Notes: generated from the letters alone by a model not told the origin. A DNA stretch of 64,000 bases from an uncultured Acidobacteriota bacterium (GCA_963797715.1 CAWCQS010000010.1:27271-91270); one strand, 5' to 3'. Counted from the first letter of the stretch, positions 10,931-22,261 are shown. Made by a program: numbers and translations.

Positions 10931-11576
10931 CCGGGTAGTTTCTCATGGCTTGGTGCGCCGGAGGCGAGGCGGGCGATCCAGCCCGGGGACGCATGTTCGC
11001 GTCGCTCACCGACGTCAGCTCACGCCCAAGCCGGAGGACCGCGCGGCGCGTTGCTACGCGCGCCGCGTTGCTCGAGGGAAAACCGAGCAGGGCCGCGATC
11101 TCGTCGTAGTTTCGCTGATCTTCGACTTTCAGGGCGACGAGCTCGGCGTCTCGCGGTTTCAGGCGCGCCAGCGCCGCGCGATAGAGCGCGAGGCGCTCGG
11201 CGCCGACGACATAGTCGAGCGGACTTCGACCGCCATCCGGCTGCTGCTCGTCGAGCGACACCTTCAGCGGCTGGCGGGTACGGCGTCGAACGTAGTCGAT
11301 GATCAGGTGTCGGAGGATCGCCCGCATATAGGCGACCAGCGCGCCTGGATGACGAACCTCGAAGTCGTTGAGGCGAGACATGCCGCGGTGCACGGCCTCG
11401 TTGACGACGTCCTGAGTGTCGAGCATGTCGCGGACCTTGGGAGGGACCCGCCCGACCGCATACCGGCTGAGTGAATGCAGGCAGGACTCGCAGAGCGCTT
11501 CGAGGGCGGCCTGATCTCCTTCACGCGCACGCTTCGTCAGCTCGACAATATTCGTGAGATCCGGTTGTGTGCGCAT
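10866..11576 (-). CDS. ECF-type sigma-70 family RNA polymerase sigma factor
   Basis: Start ATG 11576 is preceded by AAGAGGAGGA. Region 2 reads DTQDVVNEAVHRGMSRL..YMRAILRHLIIDYVRRR and region 4 reads LKPRDAELVALKVEDQRNYDEIAALLGFPSSNAARVATRRAV. The last ~45 codons overlap the PQQ dehydrogenase start by 65 nt. Confidence 0.8.
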   Translation of the reverse strand: MRTQPDLTNIVELTKRAREGDQAALEALCESCLHSLSRYAVGRVPPKVRDMLDTQDVVNEAVHRGMSRLNDFEVRHPGALVAYMRAILRHLIIDYVRRRTRQPLKVSLDEQQPDGGRSPLDYVVGAERLALYRAALARLKPRDAELVALKVEDQRNYDEIAALLGFPSSNAARVATRRAVLRLGRELTSVSDANMRPRAGSPASPPAHQAMRNYPDEAILPRGSNRGGHLRVAGRS

Positions 11577-11753
11577 CGACCGATCCTCCTCTTTGGTCCG
11601 ACACACACGATTAGACGCTCGCGAGTCGCAAGTTGCTTCGCTGCGGCCTCATTATTCACACACCTGAAACCCGCACACGCGCGCACACGGTGTGATTTGT
11701 TTTGTTCGCGGGGACGACTAAGGGGGGCGAGCGCCTGGAAGGCGGGGAAAGCG

Positions 11754-12825
11754 CTATCGCCCCCGCAGGGCGTCGAGCACGCCGGTGTAAGCCGGCTTGG
11801 GGGAATATCGGGCGTCGAACAACAAGGGCGTGTCGCCGCTGATCCACGTGTGCGCGTCGCTGACGCCCCAGAAGGTCATCGCCTCGCACCGCGGCTCCGA
11901 CAGGCACACCGCGACGATGGATTTGTACGCAGCCTTCTGCGCTTCGAGCTTCTGCTCGCCCGAACCGGCGACGCCGTTCACCTTGACGTCCATCTCGCTG
12001 ATGTGGACGACGAGACCCAGGCTGGAGAGGCGGCGGATGTTGGCGGCAATGCTCCCGTCGCTCGGCCGGTTGTTTGCTGAGATATGCATTTGCAGGCCCA
12101 CGCCGTCGATCGGAACGCCGCTGGCGAGAAGATCGCGAACGAGGTCGTAGATGCGGTTCGATTTGCTGCCAGACCCTTCGCCGCCGTAGTCGTTGTAGAA
12201 GAGCAGCGCACCAGGATCCGCTTCGCGCGCGAGGCGGAACGCTTCCGCGATGTAGCCGTCGCCGAGCTTCTGACGAAACACGGTGTCACGCAGGTTCACC
12301 CCATCGTCTGACACGGCCTCGTTGACGACATCCCACGCGTGGACGCGGCCACGAAAGTGTCCGGCGACGTCGCGAATGTGAGCGGCGACCGCCGCGCGCA
12401 GGTCGCTCGGCGAGAGACCGCTCACCCACCCTGGAAGCGACTGATGCCACAGCAGCGTATGCCCCTTGACCTCCATGCCACGGCTGCGCGCGAACGCCAC
12501 AATGTCGTCGCCGGCGGCGAAGTTGCTCAAACCGCGCGTCGCCTCGATCGCCCCCCACTTCATTTCGTACTCGGCGGTGAGGTAGTTGAATTCTCGAGCG
12601 GTGGTCTCGCTGTACCTGCGATTCGAGGAGCAGGCCAGACTGCACAGCGGCGCCGATGCGGCGTCCATTGGCCTGTGCCGCCAACCGCAACGAGTCGCCA
12701 TCCGGCGACGGCGTGGGTTGCGGCGCGGGCGTCGGACCAGCCGGCCCACTGCCGCCGCAGGCGACAACGAGCAGCCCGGTTGATGCGATCACCGCGATCA
12801 CGCCGCGAGACGACCACACGCTCAC
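11754..12825 (-). pseudogene. GH10 endo-1,4-beta-xylanase lipoprotein; one frame break near 12628
   Basis: ORF 12286..12825 supplies the lipoprotein signal (LLVVACGGS) and ..RRIGAAVQSGLL. ORF 11754..12767 supplies the catalytic barrel (EMKW, GHTLLWH, WDVVNEA, FYNDY, MHISEMDV-type motifs). Confidence 0.85.
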
Positions 12826-12901
12826 ACCGCGTACTTTAGCGTCTCGACGGAAGGCCGCGGAATACGTAGTAGGATGCCGTTCCTACGATCAAGGAGGGCC
12901 T

Positions 12902-13783
12902 GTGAGAAGGTTGACGTTCGCGGTGGTGGTCGCATCGATAGCGGGAACGCTCCAACTGCCGGTCGCGGCGCAGCAGCCGCAACCCGCGCCGCCGGTACCA
13001 CAGAATCGCGGCCTCAGCGGGCTCTTCCCCGAGGCCGAACCAGATGATGCGGCCGGGTTCGTGCCGATCTTCGACGGCAAAACGCTGAACGGGTGGGACG
13101 GAGACACGACGTTCTGGCGGGCTGAGAACGGATCAATTGTCGGCGAGACGACGCCAGAGAAAGTGGTCAAGCTGAATAACTTCTTGATCTGGCGCGGCGG
13201 CACGGTCAAGGACTTCGAGCTCAAGGTGGAGTTCCGGTTGAGCGGCACCAACAGCGGCATCCAGTATCGAAGCGTGGAGATGCCCACGATCGGCAAGTGG
13301 GTGCTGAAGGGTTATCAGGCCGACCTCGACTTCACGGAAGGCTTCGTCGGCAACGTGCACGACGAGCGCGGCCGGTCCGGCACCGGCGAAGGACACGTCG
13401 TGCTCTCCCCGCGCGGACAGGTGACGCGGATCGTCGAAGGACCGAAGTACAAACTCGTGGGAAAGATCGGCGACCCGACGCTGCTGCGGGGCGTGATGAA
13501 CGTAAACGGCTGGAACCGGTATCACATCATCGCGCGCGGACCCATCATCCTCCAGTTCATCAACAGCCAGCTGATGAGCGTCGCGATCGACGAAGACACC
13601 GCCCACGCGGTGCCGGAAGGAGTGCTCGGCTTCCAGATGCACACCGGGCCGCCCTTCAAGATCGAGTACCGCAACGTGCTCTACCGGAAGCTTCGTAAAA
13701 AAGCCCCGCGGGATGCGTCCCGCGGGGCCACCAAACCGCCATCCGTGTTATCCCTGTCTCACTACTATCCGCGGCCCGTGTGA
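12902..13783 (+). CDS. DUF1080 (3-keto-disaccharide hydrolase-like) domain protein, secreted
   Basis: GTG 12902 lies 4 nt after AAGGAGG (12891..12897). There is a signal peptide, then FVPIFDGKTLNGWDG..FWRAENGSIVGE..NFLIW..DFELKVEFRL..NSGIQYRS..GYQADL..FQMHTGPPFKIEYRNV. The last ~28 codons run through a terminator hairpin and a tandem repeat, so the true C-terminus is uncertain. Confidence 0.8.
   Translation: MRRLTFAVVVASIAGTLQLPVAAQQPQPAPPVPQNRGLSGLFPEAEPDDAAGFVPIFDGKTLNGWDGDTTFWRAENGSIVGETTPEKVVKLNNFLIWRGGTVKDFELKVEFRLSGTNSGIQYRSVEMPTIGKWVLKGYQADLDFTEGFVGNVHDERGRSGTGEGHVVLSPRGQVTRIVEGPKYKLVGKIGDPTLLRGVMNVNGWNRYHIIARGPIILQFINSQLMSVAIDEDTAHAVPEGVLGFQMHTGPPFKIEYRNVLYRKLRKKAPRDASRGATKPPSVLSLSHYYPRPV
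13697..13728 (-). terminator. Rho-independent terminator for the minus-strand TonB receptor gene
   Basis: GCCCCGCGGGA-tgcg-TCCCGCGGGGC is a perfect 11-bp stem. The A6 run on the plus side (13697..13702) reads as T6 directly after the stem on the minus strand. Confidence 0.6.
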
Positions 13784-13858
13784 TCCGCGCCCGTATGTAT
13801 CCGTGCGATCCGCGACCCGTATATATCCGTGTGATCCGCGCCTCGTGTGATCCGTGGC
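13767..13858. repeat. Degenerate tandem repeat, ~3.5 copies of a 25-26-bp unit (GATCCGCGNCCCGTATRTATCCGTGYG)
   Basis: ATCCG recurs at 13767, 13783, 13799, 13808, 13825, 13834 and 13850. The repeat lies between convergent genes, and the DUF1080 stop codon is inside a repeat unit. Confidence 0.7.
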
Positions 13859-16800
13859 CTAGAACCGGAGCCCAAACGTCATGCGGAACGTCCGCGGCGA
13901 GGTGAAGGCAAACCGGTTCAGCGGCGTGCCCCAGTTCGTGTTGTAGTTCCAGTTGACACCCTGCACCGGCGTTTCGGTGAGCGGGTTGAAGGGCCGCATC
14001 GACGGTGAGTTGACCGGCGTCAACAGACCGCTACCGATGCGCGACAGCGCCACGTTGCCGCCGTTGTTGAAGACATCCGCACCGCACGCGCACATGTCCT
14101 GCACGTTGAAGACGTTCAACACTTGCGCCTGGAAGAACGCCTCGAGCGAACTGCTGCCCGGCACGCGGTAGACGTAGTTCGCAGCCATGTCGGTACGGCG
14201 CGACGATTCGGTGCGGAACGCGTCGCGTGCCGTGTAGTAGTAGGTCTGACGATCGCCGCCCTGCGGCGTCGCGTAGCCGGGGTTGGTCACAAAGCTGCGC
14301 GCGTCGACGACTCCGCTCGCCGAGAAGCCCGACTGTCCGGAGGCGAGGCCGCCACCGGCCCCGTACGGCAGACCCGTCGCCAGGTCCTGCAGCACGCTGA
14401 TCGTCAAGCCTTCGAGTTTCGGCACACCGTAGTTGAGCCACAGCAGCGCGCGATGGCGCTGATCGGCAGCCAAGTCGCCCTCGGGAGCGAACCACGACTG
14501 GTCACGATACTCGGGATACTGGAACAGGTCCGTCGTCAGCGGCCCGCTGGCGACGTTCTCACCGTCGAAGTTCCCCCATAGACGAGAGAGCGTGTAGCTG
14601 CCCCCGGCATCGCTGCGCGAGTTGATGCGGTAACGGCCCGAGATCGTGACGCCCGAGTAGCGCCGTTTGAGGTCGTTGGTGTTCTCAACCAATGCCAGGT
14701 CGGCACGATTGCCGAACTGATCGGTGACGATCCCGGTCGAACGGTCGATGCGTGACGAATAGAAATCGCGGTAGTCGCGATAGGAGTAGTCGGCGCGAAT
14801 CACCGCGCGGCTGGTGAGCTGGCGGCTGATGCCGGCAGCGTAGGCGCGTACATTCGGCGAGCTCAGCCCCGCAGGAATTTGCACCGACACGCCTGGCACC
14901 GACGAGCTCGTCGGTGTCATGTTGGTGCCACCGTTGGCGTTGAACCAGGCAAACAGCTGCTGCAGGGCGACGTCTGGAGTCACGAGCGCTGCCGCAGCGA
15001 TGTCAGGATTGATCGCTGGGCCCTGATAGGTGTATTGCAGCGTCGCCGGATTGCCGGCAGCGGAGGAGGAATCGGCGATCGAGTTGTTGAGGCCGGCGAC
15101 ATACTGCGCGAAGCTGCCGGTCACCGACCACAGGCCCTGGCCGGTGGGATCCCAGGCAACGCCCAGACGCGGGCTGAAGCCGCTGTCGTCGGCGACGGTT
15201 CGTCCGGCGCTGTCCTTGCCCTGGTTCTTGTCCCAGCGCAGGCCGAGGCTGAGCGTGACGCGGTCCGTCCACCGCCAGTTGTCGTTGAAGAAGATCGCAT
15301 TGGTGCGGAAATTCGTGCCCAGGCTGCCTTCGGAAATCGGGTTGTACTGGATCGTCGTCGATCCCGGCAGCCAACGCGGGAAGATGTCCGCGCCCCGGAC
15401 GATGCTCGAGGTGCCGAGGATGCGGTAGTCGCTGCCGGACTGGTGATTGTTGGCGAAGCGCTGGTCGTTGAACGTATCGTAGCCGGCGAGGAACGTGTGC
15501 GAGCCGCCATTGCGCGTCGACAGCACGTAGGTCGCCTTGACGAACACTTCCTCGTTGTCACGCTTCTCCGGGTCGCAGACGCCGCAGAACGTCGGCGACC
15601 AGTAGCGCAGGTTGCCGCGGGCGCTGTCGATGAGGAGCGTGCCCTGAATCAGGTCGGTGTACTGCGAGCCAGAACCGATGAAGCTGAAGTGGCGCAGCGA
15701 GTAGCGGCCTTCGACGAAGAACGTCGGGGAGATGACGCCGCTGTAGCCGATGGTGAAGAGATTCTGCGGCAGCTCGCGCGTATACAAGCTGCGCAGGTCC
15801 ATCGACGTTGCCGTGCTGAACGTGCCGTTCACTTCCTTCTGGTCCACCTTGGTATAGGCACCATCGAACCGGTGGCTCGGGTTGAGCGAGTAGGTCAGCT
15901 TTCCTTCGTAGCGCTGGCTCTTGTCTTCGAACGTGTAGGGCAAGCTGACCGGCGCGACCGTGTTGCGGCCGACCGGTGCGTTGCGGAAGCGGCCGGCGTT
16001 GAAGAACCACAGCCGATCGCGCTGGATCGGTCCGCCGAACACGTACTCATACTGCGGGATGACTTTATCCACCTTGGTCGTGTCGGTGGTAAACGGATGG
16101 TCGTCGTTGCCGGTCACCCTCGCGCGCCAGTTGTCGTTGTAGAGCGTGTCGCGGAACGAACCGCTGAAGCGGTTACCGCCAGACTTGGTGATGACGTTGA
16201 TGACGCCGCCGGCGAACCGGCCGTACTCGGCCGAGATGCCATCGGTCGCGACCATCGTCTCCTGAACCGCATCCTCTATATAAAGGTTGTTGGCCTGGCC
16301 GCGGAGGTTCTCGTTAACGTTGACGCCATTGACGAGATACAGCGACTCAAAGGACATCGAGCCGGCAATCGAGTAGCTGCCATTTGGTCCCGACGGATGC
16401 ACGCCAGGCGCCTTGAGCACGACGGCATTGATGTCACGCGTCGTCGGCAGCATCGTCATCAACTCCTGCTTGAAGTTGGTGGCGACCTCCGGCGTGTTGC
16501 GTCAGCACCTCGCCGGCGCCGGGCCGAACCGTGACGTTCTCGGTGAGCGCCGCCGGACCGAGCGCCGCGTTCAGCGTGAACGCCTGGCTCAGCGCGACCG
16601 TGACCGGCTTCTGCTGACGCTCGAATCCGCTCAGTTCGAAGGTCACGGTGTAGGTGCCGGGCGGAACCCGCGGCACGATGTAATCGCCGTTCTCTGCCGA
16701 CACGGCTGTCAACGAGCCTTGCAAGTTGGGACCGGCGACCGTCACCGTGACACCGGGCAACGCCAGTCCCTGGCTGTCGACGATTCGGCCCGAGATCGTG

Positions 16801-16880
16801 CCGGTCGTCGTCTGCGCCGCTGCGCCTGACGTCAGCAGCGCGACAAACGCAAACCCGAAGAATGCCTTGAACCACCGCAT
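13859..16880 (-). pseudogene. TonB-dependent receptor with N-terminal carboxypeptidase-regulatory-like domain (~1006 aa); one frame break near 16496
   Basis: ORF 16434..16979 contains MRWFKAFFGFAFVALLTSGAAAQTTTGTISGRIVDSQGLALPGVTVTV..YTVTFELSGF (start 16880 or 16886, GGAG upstream). After ..GEVLTQ a one-base shift joins TPEVATNFKQELMTMLPTTRD of ORF 13859..16462 (plug and beta-barrel, C-terminal ..TFGLRF). Confidence 0.8.
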
Positions 16881-17111
16881 GAACATGTCTCCTCTCGCGG
16901 GAAGCCTGAACGAGGAGACTGCTGCAGTGAATGTGCCTCGACCGTGCGGACACTGGTCAACCGGCGACGACCACTCCAACCTCTGAACTGCGGTTCGTCA
17001 CCGATCGTCAACATGCCTTCAACGAATTGGATTGCAGGCCTACTGATTCTTGGACCGCGGCCGTTATTTGACTGTTATCCGTATCCGGGGCATAGCTCTT
17101 AGACTCAGACC

Positions 17112-19150
17112 ATGTCTAGGTCATCCCTGGCTCGAGGTGTTGCCGGCGTTGCAGTGATTGTGATGGCGGCCGTGGCGTGGGTAGCCGCACAAACACTTCA
17201 AGGTGCGATCTCATCATCAGCGGCTCAGAACATCGAGAGCCGGTGGTGGATGCGTGAGCCGGTTCGGTTTCTGCAAACTAATCTCAGCGAGAACGATTCA
17301 ACGGTCGACCCGAAGGCACTCGTCGACGCCGTCGCTCGGTTCGGCGCCAACACCTTTCTTCTGAACATGGGCGGCATCGTCGCGCAGTACCCGACGCGCG
17401 TGGCGTTTCACTACGCGAGTACGTTCCTGCCGCCCGGACGCGATCTCTTTGGCGACGCGCTCCGCGACGCGCATGCCCACCGCATTCGCGTCATCGGCCG
17501 CTTCGATCTCAGCAAGACGCAGAAGCCGGTGTACGACGCGCACCCTGAGTGGTTCTTCATGCGGGCCAACGGCGAGCCGGCGATTTACAGCGGCTTGTAC
17601 TCGACGTGCATCAACGGCGACTACTACCGGAAGCACGCGCTGACGATTCTCGAGGAGGCGCTGACGCGGTATGACGTCGACGGTCTGTTCTTCAACATGT
17701 TTGGCAATCCGTCGACCGATTACAGTGGCAGTCGCGATGGGACCCGTGTCAATGCGATGCCTGTCAGACGCGCTATCGCGCCAGGTACGGCAAGCCGATC
17801 CCGGCCGCCGCCGACGCCGACTACCGCGCCTTCATGGCCGATTCATCGAGAGAAGTCGCCGCGATGATCGCGGATCTGATTCATCGGCTGCGGCCCAACG
17901 CCGCGTTCCTTACCTACATCAAGGACCACACCGACGGCATCATGTCGGAGTCGAACACGGCGGTCGGACGTGCCGCTGCCGTTGTGGCCCTATTCGGCGA
18001 GCGACAACGTGAACCGCTCGCTGGGATCCGAGCCGGACAAGATGGCTTTCAACCTCTCCATGAGCTTCGTCGATTTCCCGTGGCGATACGTGCACGTGCC
18101 GCAGGCGGAGATGCAGCTGCGCCTGTACCAGAACATGGCGCACGGTGCGCCTCCGGCGGTAGCGGTGGTCGGGACGATGGATCAGGAGGATCGGCAGGGG
18201 CTGCTGGCGGCCAAGCCGGTCTTCGAATGGCACGCGGAGCACGAGGAGCTGTACGTCGGCCAGCAGAACGCGGCGCCGCGTGCTGCTCGCTGGCGACGGA
18301 AGACACCCCGGCCTATCGCGGGTTCTTCCGGCTGCTGACCGAGCAGCACATCCCGTTCGCGGTGTCCGAGAACGATCGATGGGCGGACGACGCCGCCTGA
18401 CACGTTCGACCTCGTAATCGTGCCCGGACGAGCGCCCGCAGGAGCTCGATCGGTACGTGCGTCGCGGCGGACGTGTGCTCGTCGCTGGAACCGCACCGCC
18501 CCCGCTGCCGATAGGCACCGTCGTCGGCCGGCGATCGCGACGCAGGGATACTGGCGAATTCGCGAGCGCGATGCTGTTCCCGTCGTTGCAGCGACACCAA
18601 TCTGCATCTTTCTCGACGGCGACTACATCGAGCTCTCGCCGTCCTCGCCCGCTGCTCACGCTGATTCCCTCGGCGATGTTCGGACCGCCCGAGAAAGTGT
18701 GGAGCGACAAGGTGGAAACGCACGGTGCCCGGCGTCGTCTTCGCGGATCACGAGCAAGGCAAGCTGGCGTACATCCCGTGGGATGTCGGCGCGCTCTACT
18801 ACCGCCACAGCTCGCCTGGCCATGCGGGGCTGATGGCGGACGTAATCGACCGACTACTGCCGCGCGGGCGTGTGTTGACGACGAACGCACACCCGCTCGT
18901 CGAGATGACGCTCATGCGACAGCCAGCTCGAGACCGCACGCTCATCCATCTCGTCAACGGCACCGGCCACCAGGATACGGCCTACTTCCCGCCGGTGGAG
19001 CTCTCCGACATCCGCATCGAGCTGCGTGACAACGTTCGCCACGCCCGCGCGGTCGGGCTCGGGGTCGACCTTCCTGTCACCACGACCGGCCAGTCGAGGT
19101 TTTTCACCCTACCCCGTCTGAAGGCCTACGAAGTCATCGTCCTGGAATAG
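17112..19150 (+). pseudogene. Putative glycoside hydrolase (GHL6-like N-terminus with a beta-galactosidase-trimerisation-like C-terminus), heavily frame-broken
   Basis: Sense jumps between all three + frames. The pieces are 17112.. (signal peptide, REPVRFLQTNL..FGANTFLLNMGG), 17747.. (CQCDACQTRYRARYGKPIP..MADSSREVAAMIADLI), 17975.. (PLPLWPYSASDNVNRS..FEWHAEHEELY), ..EDTPAYRGFFRLLTEQHIPFAV, ..GRVLVAGTAPP.., ..FLDGDYIEL.., ..MFGPPEKVW.., and 18725..19150 (VPGVVFADHEQGKLAYIPWDVG..). My reconstruction needs at least eight frame changes. Confidence 0.65.
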
Positions 19151-19185
19151 AGCCGTAAAGGCGGCCGCCAGCTGTGAACCGCGAA

Positions 19186-19226
19186 TCCCGAGTCCCGAAC
19201 CCCGAGCCCCGAGCCCGAGCGACCCC
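19186..19226. repeat. Heptanucleotide array TCCCGAG TCCCGAA CCCCGAG CCCCGAG CCCGAG..
   Basis: Read directly from the sequence. It is intergenic, between the degraded hydrolase gene and the next ADOP gene. Confidence 0.7.
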
Positions 19227-19378
19227 GATCAACTATTTCTCGCGAAGGCCTGTCTATATACTATCTGCCTATGACAGACATCGACACCCGCGCACTCGAC
19301 CGTGAGCTGAAGAAGGAGTCCGCCGCAAGACCTGGGAAGCATTCGTGGAGGCCGTCCGTCGCCTGACTGGAGCCGAAC

Positions 19379-22245
19379 ATGCCTGACGATTCAACGCCGA
19401 GCAACGAGGGCTCGCGCAGGGCGATCTGGAAGCAGGAAGTGCGCGCACGCCTCGAACGGGTGCCGCTCTCGCCCGCGCGTGAAGCCGAGATTGTCGAAGA
19501 GCTCTCAGCAGCATCTCGACGACCGCTGGCGCGAACTGGTGGCGTCGGGGACGGACCCGGATGCCGCGGGAGAGGTGGCGCTCGCCGAGCTGCACGCCGA
19601 TGCGCTGACACGCTATCTGTCGCCGCTGCGGCAGGCCCGATGGACCGACCCTGCGCCGCCAGCCGCCGGCCGTCCCTTTTCGCGCGAAGGCCTGATGCTC
19701 GATCTGCGGCAGGCCGTGAGGGCTCTGCGAGCGACTCCGGGCTTTACGATCGCCGCGCTCGTCGTACTCGCGCTCGGTATCGGCGCGACGACTGCCATCT
19801 TCTCGGTCGTGGATGCCGTGGTCCTTCGTCCGCTCCCGTTCGATGAACCTGATCAGATCGTTGCCGTCGGAGAGCGGTTGCGGACGCCGATGGGAGCCCC
19901 GAAGGGCAGCCCGAGTGGGCCACCCAGCAAGAGCGGACCGGGCGGTCTGGGTCCGGTGGGCAAAGGGGCGCCCGCCGGCAAGTCCGTCCCAGTGGGCATG
20001 CCCGTTCCACCAGGGATGGACGCGCGCGACCCACAGGCGCTCAACCGCATGCAACCCCAGAATTTTCTCGACCTGACGGCGCAGCAGGCATCGTTCGAGT
20101 CCATGGCCGCGATTGCCGACGCCGAGATGGCGTTGCAGCTGCCGGGTTCCGTTCCCGAAGACGTGACCGCCGAACGCGTGTCCGCGGGATTCTTCGATGT
20201 GCTTCGGATTCGGCCGGCAGCTGGCCGCGTCTTCACCGCTGAAAACGAAAACGATGGGCGCGATCGCGTTGCCATCGTGAGCGACGTCTTCTGGCGCCAG
20301 CGTCTCGGCGGAACTGACGATGTGATTGGTCGAACGATTCGGCTCGACGGCGACAACTACGAAGTGATTGGGATCCTCCCGCCACACGTGACCTATCCCG
20401 TCGGAGCCGTGCGGCCGGCCGAACTGCTGGTCCCCTACGTTGTTCCGGAGAACGAGCGAACGCGCGGGCGCGGCATCAGCATCTACCTGCACAGCATCGC
20501 ACGGCTGAAACCTGGGGTCACCCTTGCACAGGCGCAGTCGGAGTTGGACCGCATCGCCGACGCGATTGCCGCCGCCAACCCGGGCGAGCGGAGGCTCAAC
20601 CAGTTTGGTGTCAGGCCGCTTCACGATCACCTCGTTGGTGCGAGCATCCGATCGTGGATGGTGATGCTACTCGCCGCCGTGGGAATCGTGCTCCTCATCG
20701 CCTGCGCCAACGTCGCCAACCTGCTGCTCGCTCGCGCCAGCGCTCGTGAGCGCGAGGTTGCCGTGCGGGCGGCGCTCGGCGCCGGCCGCTGGCGCCTCGT
20801 GCGTCAGTTCCTGGTCGAAAGCCTGGTCCTGGCGGTGGTGGGGACCGCGCTTGGCGTCATCGTCGCGTGGTGGGTCGTGCAGGCGCTGCGCGGTGCCATG
20901 CCCGAGGGCGTGCCGCGTGCGATGGACATCGCGCTCGACCTGCGCGTGCTCATCGCGGCTGTCGCCGTATCGGCGATGACCGGCCTGCTCTTCGGCATCG
21001 TGCCCGCGCTGCAACTGTCACGGCCGAACCTCACGGAAGCGCTGAGTGACGGCACGCGCAGCGCCAGCGCTGGCCGCGGTCGTCAGCGTCTGCGCGCCGC
21101 GCTCGTCATCAGCGAGGTGGCTCTCGCGGTGGTCCTCCTCGTCGGTGCCGGGCTCTTCATCGGCAGCTTCATCAGCGTGATGCGCGTCGATCCGGGCTTC
21201 AGCTCCGATCGCGTCATCACGATGCAGCTCTACGCCCGCTCGCAAGAAGGACAACGTCCGCCCGACTGGTCCGGGGCCTTCGAACAAATCGTCGAGCGCC
21301 TCAATCACACCTCAGGCATCGTACGCGCCGGTGCGGTGTCGCCTGGAATCCCACTGCGCGTCAATCTGCACATCGACGGGCTGGCGAGACCTGGGCGACA
21401 GCTCGAAGGCGACACGTCGATCAGCCTCAAGGCGGTGACCCCTGGCTATCATCAATCGCTGAGCATTCCCTTGAAGAGCGGTCGGCTCTTCGACGCGACC
21501 GATCGCGCCGAGAGTGCAAAGGTTGTGATCCTCAACGAGTCGGCTGCCAGGACGTTCTTTCCAGACGAGGATCCGGTCGGGACGTACCGTCATCCTCAGC
21601 CGCGCCGAGCGCACGGTGGTTGGCGTTGTGGGCGACGTGCGGCAGTGGAGCCTCGAGACCGGGCCACGGACCGAAGCCTATCTGCCGATGGCCCAGGCTG
21701 GCAGCGGGTCGGGCTACCTCGTCGTCCACTCGACCGACGATCCGCGACGCCTGCTGCCCGCGATCAAGACCGCGGTGGCTTCCGTGCTGCCGGACGTCCC
21801 GCTGCGCTACGTCGCCACGATGGAGAGCCTGGTGGCGCAGCAGACCGCCGAACGCCGGCTCAACATGCTGATGCTCGGACTGTTCGGGCTGTTGGGGCTG
21901 GTGATTTCGGCCGTCGGCGTCTACGGTGTGATGGCGTATGCCGTAGCGCAACGCACCCGCGAAATCGGTGTCCGGATGGCTTTGGGTGCGACGCGAACGC
22001 GCGTCGTCACCATGATCCTGACGAACGCCGCGCTGTTGGTCACTATCGGCCTCGCCATCGGCGGAATCGCCGCATGGTACCTGAGCGCGTCGGCACGCGC
22101 GTTTCTCTTTGGCCTCGAGCCAACCGACGTGCGCGCTTTTGTCGCCGCGGCGGGCACGCTCGCGATCGCGGCGCTTATCGCGAGTGCGATTCCGGCACGC
22201 CGCGCCGCCAGCGTAGATCCATCGGTCGCTCTGCGGGCCGAGTAA
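19379..22245 (+). pseudogene. ADOP-family permease with a second type of N-terminal prefix (EIVEELSQHLDDRW); two frame breaks (~19508 and ~21585)
   Basis: ORF 19379.. reads MPDDSTPSNEGSRRAIWKQEVRARLERVPLSPAREAEIVEELS. A +1 shift joins QHLDDRWRELV.. of ORF 19479..22301. After ..FFPDEDPVG a second +1 shift joins TVILSRAERTVVGVVGDVRQWSLE.. of ORF 21616..22245, ending ..IPARRAASVDPSVALRAE. Confidence 0.85.
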
Positions 22246-22261
22246 TCTGTGGCGGAGTGCC

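Noticed and set aside
12656-12901. Upstream extension of the DUF1080 ORF; likewise 37390..37731 for the VWA gene and 47884..47907 for the outer-membrane transporter
   Set aside because: The extensions overlap the neighbouring gene or lack any signal-peptide logic. Internal starts have Shine-Dalgarno sequences (AAGGAGG before GTG 12902, AGGAGG before ATG 37732) and are immediately followed by signal peptides.
19271-19386. Small ORF upstream of the third ADOP gene (MTDIDTRALDRELKK.., with a second frame giving VRRKTWEAFVEAVRRLTGAEHA that ends in an ATGCCTGA overlap with the ADOP start)
   Set aside because: It is too short and needs a frame change to be continuous. It may be a remnant of a regulator tail or a coupled leader peptide, but I cannot support either.
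19269-20630. Long antisense ORFs (this 453-aa one; also 25860..27374, 33467..34555, 36548..37627, 44445..45485, 52014..53354, 4471..5904)
   Set aside because: Each lies opposite a gene with clear family signatures. Each is Arg/Gly/His/Asp-rich with no motifs and shows the open antisense frames expected at 68 % GC. I treat them as shadow ORFs.
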